Below are positions 46,801 through 53,843 of a stretch of DNA of 64,000 nt, one piece after another. Numbering within the stretch: the stretch's first letter is position 1; the number at the start of each line of letters is the position of its first letter. The DNA is taken from the NCBI GenBank assembly GCA_964236535.1, contig CAXSEF010000001.1:69818-133817 (forward strand). Reading direction: 5' to 3'. Both the position numbers and the translations under genes were made by a program. A model generated the notes under the pieces. The model was not told the DNA's origin. It did not search any database and worked only from the letters and a program-made list of their open reading frames with translations. The DNA is from an uncultured Acetobacteraceae bacterium. Lineage in GTDB: Bacteria; Pseudomonadota; Alphaproteobacteria; Acetobacterales; Acetobacteraceae.

Positions 46801-48762
46801 TCAAGGGTGCGCGCCCGGGTCGGCCTCGGTCGGAACCTGATCGCCGATGTCGGGCGAGGGTGGGGCGCCGCCGGCCAATGCGGCGAGCTCGTTTTCGGAA
46901 CGGGTGCGGGTCCAGGCCTGGAAGCTGTCGGCGGCGGTGCGGGTGGACTGCCAGGCGCGGAGCAGGCCGAGGACGACCGGCTGGATCTCGTCGGCCGGGA
47001 TCTTCTCGCGGATCTTCCGGCCGACGGCCTGCCCGACGCCGGCACCGCCGCCGAGGTGGAGGTCGTAGCCCTCGACCATGTCCTCGCCGCGCTCGACCTT
47101 GGCGCCGATCAGCCCGATGTCGCCGACGTAATGCTGGGCGCAGGAGTTGTGGCAGCCGGTGAGGTGGATGTTCACGGGCTGGTCGACGGTGATCGCGGCG
47201 TCCAGCGCGTCGGCGAGGCTGGCGGCGTCCTGCTTGGTGTAGGCGTTGGCGAACTTGCAGCCGGCGGCGCCGGTGCAGGCGACGAGGCCGGCGCGCAGCG
47301 GGGAGGCGTCGGTGGCCAGGCCGAGGGCGCGGATCGCGGCGACGGCCTCGGGGAGGCCGTCGTCGGGGATGTCGCTGAGCAGCAGGTTCTGCCAGACGGT
47401 GAGGCGGATGGTGCCGGAGCCGTGGCGCTCGGCAATGTCGGCGAGGCCGCGCGCCTGGTCGGTGGTGATGCGGCCGACGCGGCAGAGCACGCCGACGTAG
47501 GACAGCCCGGGCTGCTTCTGCCTGTGGACGCCGAGGTGGGCGTGGCGGTCCTGCGGCGGGCCGGGCAGGATCGCGGCGTCGGCAATGCGATGCAGCGGCG
47601 TGGTCTCTCCCGGGGCGAGCGGGGGCATCGCCGTGCCGCGGCCTGGAGTGGCGGGACCGGGCCCGGCTGCCGGCCCGAGCTCGGCCTCGACGGCGTCCAG
47701 GAAGCGGGGCAGGCCCCAGGCGTCGAGCAGGTACTTCAGGCGGGACTTGGCACGGTCGGTGCGGCTGCCGTGGCGTATCCAGACACGCAGCACGGCGTCG
47801 GCGACGCGGGTGGCGTGCTCGGGGTGCAGGACGCAGCCGGTGGGGCGGGCGAAATCGCGGTGGCCGGTGATGCCGCCGAGCGCCAGGCGGTAGTAGAGGC
47901 CCGGCTCGATGCCGTGGCCGGGCTCGACGCGGACGGCGGAGAAGCCGACGTCGTTGGTGTCCTCGAGCGTGGGAATGACGCCGCCGCCGTCGTAGGCGAT
48001 GTTGAACTTGCGTGGCAGGCCGTAGAGCACCCGGTGGTTGAGGATATGGAAGTGCATCGCCCGGGCATGCGGACGGGTATCGAGCAGCTCCTGGGGGTCG
48101 ATGCCGGCGGTGGCCGCGCCGGTGACGTTGCGGATGTTGTCGGCGCCGGAGCCGCGGGCGGTCATGCCCAGCTCCTGCAGGCGGGTCAGGAGCCTCGGGC
48201 CGTTGGCGGCCTGGATCTCGCGGAGCTGCAGGTTGCAGCGGGTGGTGCAGTCCAGGAACGGGGCGGCCAGCGCGTCGGCGATGTCGGCGAGGCCGCGCAG
48301 CTGGTGGGCTTCGAGAATGCCGCCGGGGATGCGCAGCCGGCACATGAAGGCGTCCTGGGTGGGACCCACGTAGAACAGGCCGTGCCAGCGGGTCAGGAAG
48401 TTGTCGTCGCCCTTGGGGAACGTGCGGCGGGCGGCGCGGGCCTCCAGCTCGTCCCAGCGGTCGAGGGGGTGGCGGGCGCGCTTGGCGCGTTCGATCGGGG
48501 AGAGCTTGCCGCCTTTCGCGAGTAGGTCGTCCTGGGCGGCGCGCTGCAGGTCGGCGGGGTCGGCGGGCTCGGCGGCTGCGGGGGGGCCGCAGGCCGGGGC
48601 GAGCGGCAGGCCGACGGCGGCACGCCGCGCCTCGACGCCAGCCATGAAGCCCTTGAGGTACTCCTGCTGCTCGTCGGAAAAGGCGCCGGACGGGGCATCG
48701 GTGGCCGGGCCGGCGACCGACGCCGAGGGTGCGGGAACGGCCGGGATGTCGTGGTCGGGCAT
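46801..48762 (-). CDS. Sirohaem/[4Fe-4S] nitrite-or-sulfite reductase haemoprotein (NirA/CysI family)
   Basis: Start set at ATG 48762 (MPDHDIP...). Contains FMCRLRIPGG, RCNLQLREI, cluster ligands ACTGAAGCKFA and LTGCHNSCAQH. 653 aa. Confidence 0.85.
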   Translation of the reverse strand: MPDHDIPAVPAPSASVAGPATDAPSGAFSDEQQEYLKGFMAGVEARRAAVGLPLAPACGPPAAAEPADPADLQRAAQDDLLAKGGKLSPIERAKRARHPLDRWDELEARAARRTFPKGDDNFLTRWHGLFYVGPTQDAFMCRLRIPGGILEAHQLRGLADIADALAAPFLDCTTRCNLQLREIQAANGPRLLTRLQELGMTARGSGADNIRNVTGAATAGIDPQELLDTRPHARAMHFHILNHRVLYGLPRKFNIAYDGGGVIPTLEDTNDVGFSAVRVEPGHGIEPGLYYRLALGGITGHRDFARPTGCVLHPEHATRVADAVLRVWIRHGSRTDRAKSRLKYLLDAWGLPRFLDAVEAELGPAAGPGPATPGRGTAMPPLAPGETTPLHRIADAAILPGPPQDRHAHLGVHRQKQPGLSYVGVLCRVGRITTDQARGLADIAERHGSGTIRLTVWQNLLLSDIPDDGLPEAVAAIRALGLATDASPLRAGLVACTGAAGCKFANAYTKQDAASLADALDAAITVDQPVNIHLTGCHNSCAQHYVGDIGLIGAKVERGEDMVEGYDLHLGGGAGVGQAVGRKIREKIPADEIQPVVLGLLRAWQSTRTAADSFQAWTRTRSENELAALAGGAPPSPDIGDQVPTEADPGAHP

Positions 48763-48776
48763 GAGCGGACCTGCGC

Positions 48777-49628
48777 CTACGAGGTGGCCAGAACCCGGGT
48801 GCCGCGAGGGGCGGCTTCGGTGGTGGTCTCGGCATCTTCGTGGGCGTGGTCGTGGGCGATGTAGAGCGCCAGGCCGGTGAAGGTGAAGCCGCCGACCAGG
48901 TTGCCGACGATGACCGGCAGCTCGTTCCACAGCAGGTATTGGACGACGGTCGCCGGGGCGCCGAGCATCAGCCCGAGCGGGAACAACGCCATGTTGACGA
49001 CGGTATGCTCGAAGCTCAGGGCGAAGAAGATCACGATCGGCGGCCAGCAGCCGATGATCTTGCCGGCCGAGGTGCTGGCGGCGAGGCCCATGGTGATGCC
49101 GAGCACGACCAGCCAGTTGCACAGCATGGCCTTGACGAACACGGTCAGCAGGCCGGCGGTGCCGAGCGCCTCGTAGCCGGCCGAGCGGGCGGCGACGGCG
49201 GCGCGGATGCGATCACCCACCGGGCCGCCGGTGTCGTGTCCGGCGCTGGTGAGTGCGATCCACATGAGGAGGGCGAAGAGCAGGGAGCCCGCGTAGTTGC
49301 CGACGAAGGTCAGCACCCAGTTGCGCACCAGCTGGGCCATGGTGGCGCGGCGGGCGATCACCGCCATCGGCAGCAGGGCGAAGGAGCCGGTGATCAGGTC
49401 GAGGCCGAGCACCATGATGATCGCCAGGCCGACCGGGAAGACCAGCGCGCCGACGATCGGCAGGCCGGTCTGCGCGGTGGCGGTGAAAGCGAAGGTGGTG
49501 GCCACGCCGAGGATGGCGCCGGCGAGCGCAGAGCGCACCAGGAGGCGGGCGGCCGACAGGCGGGCGCGGGTTGCCCCGTACTCGACCATGATGCCCACGA
49601 GACGGGCAGGAGTGATGACTTCGCTCAT
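48777..49628 (-). CDS. Formate/nitrite transporter (FNT) family channel
   Basis: Start set at ATG 49628 (MSEVITP...). 283 aa with about six TM segments. Contains GLDLITGSF, AMLCNWLV and ALSFEHTVVNM (the FNT signature region). Confidence 0.85.
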   Translation of the reverse strand: MSEVITPARLVGIMVEYGATRARLSAARLLVRSALAGAILGVATTFAFTATAQTGLPIVGALVFPVGLAIIMVLGLDLITGSFALLPMAVIARRATMAQLVRNWVLTFVGNYAGSLLFALLMWIALTSAGHDTGGPVGDRIRAAVAARSAGYEALGTAGLLTVFVKAMLCNWLVVLGITMGLAASTSAGKIIGCWPPIVIFFALSFEHTVVNMALFPLGLMLGAPATVVQYLLWNELPVIVGNLVGGFTFTGLALYIAHDHAHEDAETTTEAAPRGTRVLATS

Positions 49629-49768
49629 TGCGGCGATGTTCCCGGATGCACGACGGAACCGGGCGCCCCGGCGAGCGGGGCTGCGGGTGCCGCATGCCGT
49701 CGGCGGACGCAACGTTCGTACCAGGGCTTGCCAGGGACTGCACGCCACAAGCACTGGGGCTGCACGCC

Positions 49769-49868
49769 GCAAGCAAGGCTGGGCTTTGCCCAGACCCACC
49801 AGAGGCCGCGGGCCTCTGGACACCATCTGGTCAGGGGCTGTGGCTGCACGTCTCCTGGCCTTTGCTGC
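49769..49868 (+). repeat. Stacked-hairpin repeat, partial copy (A-type start)
   Basis: Sequence is gcaagcaaggCTGGGCtttGCCCAGacccaCCAGAGGCCgcgGGCCTCTGGacacc ... ctcctggcctttgctgc. Confidence 0.7.
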
Positions 49869-49963
49869 GTTCGGTTTTCCACCAGGGCGCCGCTGGCGTT
49901 TGCCGGCGGCGCACGCCACGCTGGCTGCGCAGGGCCCGACCGGCCGCCTGGGGAGAGACGCGG

Positions 49964-50437
49964 ATGACGGGACGGATCGAGGCCAGGCTGGCGGAGCTCG
50001 GGATCGTGCTGCCCAGGCCGATGGCGCCGGTGGCCAACTACGTGCCGACGGTGGCGAGCGGGCGGCTGGTCACGGTGTCGGGGCAGCTGCCGATGCAGGA
50101 CGGCGCGCTGGCGGCCGCGGGACGGCTTGGCGACGGGGTGGACGTCGAGGCGGGACAGGCGGCGGCGCGGCTGTGCCTGGTCAACGTGCTCGCGCAGCTG
50201 CGGGCGGCCTGCGGGGGGGATCTGGACCGGGTGGTGCGGGTGGTGCGGCTGGGCGGGTTCATCGCGGCCGCGGCCGAGTTCACGCAGCACGCGCAGGTGA
50301 TGAACGGGGCGTCGGACCTCGCGGTCGCGGTGTTCGGCGACGCGGGGCGGCACGCGCGCAGCACGGTGGGGGTGGCGTCGCTGCCGCTGGGGGCGGCGGT
50401 GGAGGTCGAGGGGGCGTTCGAGGTCGAACCCGGATAG
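49964..50437 (+). CDS. RidA/YjgF-family protein
   Basis: ATG 49964 is preceded by GGGAGAG. 157 aa. Contains LPRPMAPVANYVP....GRLVTVSGQLP and ARSTVGVASLPLGAAVEVE. Confidence 0.8.
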   Translation: MTGRIEARLAELGIVLPRPMAPVANYVPTVASGRLVTVSGQLPMQDGALAAAGRLGDGVDVEAGQAAARLCLVNVLAQLRAACGGDLDRVVRVVRLGGFIAAAAEFTQHAQVMNGASDLAVAVFGDAGRHARSTVGVASLPLGAAVEVEGAFEVEPG

Positions 50438-50530
50438 GCACGCCGGACCAGGCTCTGGCCGGAGCGGGCAAGGCCGGCTGGAGGGGCGACCGGCGGGCGT
50501 ATTGCCCGACGCCGGACCGGACGGCAGACG

Positions 50531-50596
50531 CCTTGAGGGTGCGGGTTGGGGGGCTCAGCCCCAGCGGAATACAGAGGCAGAGCCTCTGGCCTTGCC
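50531..50596 (+). repeat. Stacked-hairpin repeat, half copy (C-type end)
   Basis: Sequence is ccttgagggtgcgggttgGGGGCTcaGCCCCagcggaataCAGAGGCagaGCCTCTGgccttgcc. Confidence 0.75.
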
Positions 50597-50636
50597 TTGA
50601 CCTTCCCTCGCCCGCCGCCGCCGCCATATCCGGGGG

Positions 50637-51818
50637 ATGCCGGACGCAAAGCCGACCCTGAGCCTGAGTCTGCACCGTTCGATCCACGAGATCGCACCCG
50701 ACGACTGGGACGCCTGCGCGGGGCCGGACAATCCGTTCGTCTCGTTCGCATTCCTGTCGGCGGTCGAGGACAGCGGGTCGGCGGGGTCGCGGACAGGGTG
50801 GCTGCCGCAGCACGCGGCGCTGCGCGATGCGGGCGGGCGGCTGGTGGCCTGTGCGCCGATGTATGCCAAGGCGCACAGCTACGGCGAGTATGTATTCGAT
50901 CACGGCTGGGCGGCGGCGTTCGAGCGGGCGGGCGGGGATTACTACCCGAAGCTGCAGGTGGCCTCGCCGTTCAGCCCGGTGACCGGGCCGCGCCTGCTGC
51001 TGCGGGCGGATTCGGGCATGGCGCCGGGGGCGTTGCGGCTCGCCCTGGCGGACGCGCTGACGCAGGCGTGCCGGCAGCTCGACCTCAGCTCGGTGCACGC
51101 GACGTTCTGCACCGAGGCGGAGTGGGCGCAGCTCGGGGAGGCGGGATGGCTGGCGCGGGTGGGCACGCAGTTCCACTGGGAGAACGCGGGCTATGCGGGA
51201 TTTGACGATTTCCTCGGCGCGTTGTCGTCGCGCAAGCGCAAGACGCTGCGGCGGGAGCGGCGGGATGCGCAGGCGTGCGGGCTGGAGTTCCTGACCCTGC
51301 GCGGGCCGGAGATCGAGGCCAAGCACTGGGAGGCGTTCTTCCGGTTCTACCACTCCACGGTGGATCGCAAGTGGGGCAATGCGTATCTGACGAAGAAGTT
51401 CTTTCCGTTGCTTGGGGAGCGGCTGGGGGAACGAGTGGTGCTGATGCTGGCGATGGAAGCGGGCCGGCCGGTGGCGGGGGCGCTGAACCTGCAGGGTTCG
51501 GACGCGCTGTACGGGCGGAACTGGGGGGCCGCGGGGGAGTGGCCGTTCCTGCATTTCGAGCTGTGCTATTACCGGGCGATCGACTACGCGATCGAGCACG
51601 GGCTGGCGCGGGTCGAGGCGGGGGCGCAGGGCGAGCACAAGATCCAGCGGGGGTATCGGCCGCGGCCGACGTACTCGGCGCACTGGATCGCGCATCGGGG
51701 GCTGCGGGCGGCGGTAGCGGAGTTCCTGGAGCTGGAGCGGCCGGCGCGGCTGGAGGAGATGGCGGAGCTGGACCTGCTGTCGCCGTATCGGCGGGACGGG
51801 GACGCTGAGGCGGGGTGA
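50637..51818 (+). CDS. DUF482 / FemAB-like GNAT-fold acyltransferase family protein
   Basis: 393 aa. Contains WDACAGPDNPFVSFAFLSAVEDSGS, PMYAKAHSYGEYVFDHGWA, YYPKLQVASPFSPVTGPRLL and FELCYYRAIDYAIEHGL. Confidence 0.8.
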   Translation: MPDAKPTLSLSLHRSIHEIAPDDWDACAGPDNPFVSFAFLSAVEDSGSAGSRTGWLPQHAALRDAGGRLVACAPMYAKAHSYGEYVFDHGWAAAFERAGGDYYPKLQVASPFSPVTGPRLLLRADSGMAPGALRLALADALTQACRQLDLSSVHATFCTEAEWAQLGEAGWLARVGTQFHWENAGYAGFDDFLGALSSRKRKTLRRERRDAQACGLEFLTLRGPEIEAKHWEAFFRFYHSTVDRKWGNAYLTKKFFPLLGERLGERVVLMLAMEAGRPVAGALNLQGSDALYGRNWGAAGEWPFLHFELCYYRAIDYAIEHGLARVEAGAQGEHKIQRGYRPRPTYSAHWIAHRGLRAAVAEFLELERPARLEEMAELDLLSPYRRDGDAEAG

Positions 51819-53788
51819 ATGCAGCGGTTCTAGTGAAGAACGGAATAGGGCGAGGTCTTTCTAGGTCGTTAAGGGCTTGGTCAAGGACGGGTTGGTGGAA
51901 AACTTACGTAGGCTTGGCCGACAAATAAACGGCATACAGAGCGCCGGAAGCGGATAATCGTCGTTCACTTTGCATTGTAGAAGGTTGTTGGCTGGCGGGT
52001 TGCTTCGGCCGAGCTGTGTGATAACAAATCAAAGTTCCAAAGCCAGTCAAGATGGAAGGCGAGCCAGAACGATTTATAAGACAAGGTTTGGCGGATTGGT
52101 GCGGTGCTGCAACGAATGAGCCTGTGGAACCGGCGCTGTTAGATATAGCCAGCTAAGGAAGCTAAGGAATGCCGAAAAAGATCTGGAAAGTTGGTGAGGT
52201 CTTTGGCATCGGCCGAGATTTGCCAACTAATTATGTCGAGCGGTTTGGAATAGATGACAAACTTATTAATAATTTAACTCGCGATCAGCATCTTGTAATT
52301 TACGGAAGCTCAAAGCAAGGCAAGACTTGCCTTAGAAAACATTGCTTGCAAGACGTGGATTATATCGTAGTTTCTTGTTTAAATAATATGGATTTACGTC
52401 AACTGCACTCCGTAATTTTGAAAAGTGCTGGCTATGTGGTGCAAGAGTCATCGACTAGAACAATTGACGGCAAAGCAAAAGTAGAAGCCAAGTTTGGCGT
52501 AAAATTTGGCATTCCGGGCATTGCTAAGGCAACATTAGGAACAGGCGCTGAGGTTGGAGCCGGTGTCACAGATGAGAGCATTACTAAACATCTTGAGCTA
52601 GATCCCAGCGATGCCAATGAAATTATTGGGGCGTTGCAAGAAATAAAGTTTACAAGATATATTGTGCTTGAAGATTTTCATTATCTTCCATATGAGACGC
52701 AGCAAGACTTTGCATTTGCATTGAAAGTATTCCACGAGAATTCTAAGATAACTTTTATAATAGTAGCAGTTTGGCGTGAAGAAAATCGATTAATTCTATT
52801 TAATGGGGATCTAACTGGTCGGGTTATTCCGATAGACGCAGACGCATGGGATGACACGCAGCTCAACAAAGTTATGTCTGATGGCGAACATTTGCTTAAC
52901 ATTCAGCTTCCCTCCCAATTCAAGTCTGAAGTAATTAAGGGCTGCTCTGAAAGCGTTTACATAGTTCAAGAAGTGTGTCACAGAGCATGCACGGAAAGTG
53001 GTTTGCACGAGACCGCAAGTAACTTTAGAAATATAATACCGACTAGAGCCCCATTAGATTACATTCAAGAGATAGTTCGAGAGCAAAGTGGCAGATATAA
53101 GGTATTTTTGCAGAACTTCTCGTTTGGCTTTCAGACCACTGATTTAGAAATGTATAAATGGATACTTTTTCCTATTATAAAGTCTAACGTTGATCTTCTT
53201 GAGAAGGGTTTGAGTTATAACTACATTAAATCTTTTATTGAAAGTAAACACCCGGAAGGTAACAGACTTAAGCCCGGAAATTTGACTCAGGCACTTCAGC
53301 TTCTGAGTAAGCTGCAAATCGCAAAAAACTTTAAGCCGTTTATCCTGGATTATGACAGCGCAAATCTCTTGCTATCTATTGTTGATAAAGGATTCTTAAT
53401 ATGGCTGAGTGGACAGGATCGCTCTGCTTTATTAGAGTTGATTGATCTGCCTGTTAGCTAATTTGTCAGTATTCTGGAGAATAGTTTTAGAGTTTTCCTA
53501 CTCTTGATTGATAAGACCTATAATAGGTGAGAGAACACAAGGATTCTAACTTAGACAGCGTGCGGAAAACGGGTGATTGCGTCACCTCGTCATTGGGCTA
53601 CGGCGGCGTTCACGGTGGTCCGTTGCGCCACTGTATACCAAACTCTGCTGGCTTATGCCCATGTACGGGAAGCCCCGAAACAAATTTTCCCGCACATGCA
53701 GTTTGAAACGGAACAAGGCCGGCGTAACTGAGGCTTTCGCCCAACGGCACAATGTTGGCGCTGTGCCGGAGGGCTTTTGTTACGCGGG
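51819..53788. other. AT-rich genomic islet (putative horizontally acquired DNA) with a single cargo gene
   Basis: Hand counts of 60-nt lines give about 70% G+C in flanking genes, about 40-58% in 51841-52140, and about 32-45% in 52169-53461. The switch occurs right at the stop codon of the DUF482 gene and at the repeat/thrS 3' end. No integrase, transposase, tRNA or flanking direct repeat was seen. Confidence 0.8.
52169..53461 (+). CDS. Orphan P-loop NTPase (ATPase_2 / ORC-Cdc6-like AAA core), function unknown
   Basis: It is the only long ORF in the islet (430 aa). An AAGGA SD lies 9 nt upstream. Walker A is GSSKQGKT (aa 46-53, nt 52304-52327). Walker B-like is YIVLEDF (aa 164-170, nt 52658-52678) followed by HYLP, as in the archaeal-ATPase-type DEFQYL motif. 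A hydrophobic strand ITFIIVAVW follows. The C-terminal ~190 aa are helical with no recognisable nuclease or effector motif. Confidence 0.8.
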   Translation: MPKKIWKVGEVFGIGRDLPTNYVERFGIDDKLINNLTRDQHLVIYGSSKQGKTCLRKHCLQDVDYIVVSCLNNMDLRQLHSVILKSAGYVVQESSTRTIDGKAKVEAKFGVKFGIPGIAKATLGTGAEVGAGVTDESITKHLELDPSDANEIIGALQEIKFTRYIVLEDFHYLPYETQQDFAFALKVFHENSKITFIIVAVWREENRLILFNGDLTGRVIPIDADAWDDTQLNKVMSDGEHLLNIQLPSQFKSEVIKGCSESVYIVQEVCHRACTESGLHETASNFRNIIPTRAPLDYIQEIVREQSGRYKVFLQNFSFGFQTTDLEMYKWILFPIIKSNVDLLEKGLSYNYIKSFIESKHPEGNRLKPGNLTQALQLLSKLQIAKNFKPFILDYDSANLLLSIVDKGFLIWLSGQDRSALLELIDLPVS

Positions 53789-53843
53789 TTTGGGGGCTCA
53801 GCCCCCAGCGGAGTCCAGAGGCAGAGCCTCTGGCCTTGCTGCC
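53789..53843 (+). repeat. Stacked-hairpin repeat, half copy (C-type end), overlapping the thrS 3' end
   Basis: Sequence is tttGGGGGCTcaGCCCCCagcggagtCCAGAGGCagaGCCTCTGGccttgctgcc. The thrS stop (complement of 53798-53800) lies in the loop of the first hairpin. Confidence 0.8.

Noticed and set aside
51819-53788. Integrase, transposase, inverted termini or target-site duplications delimiting the AT-rich islet.
   Set aside because: None were found by eye on either strand. The left border has no repeat half complementary to the half copy at 53789-53843. The islet is therefore not called a mobile element.
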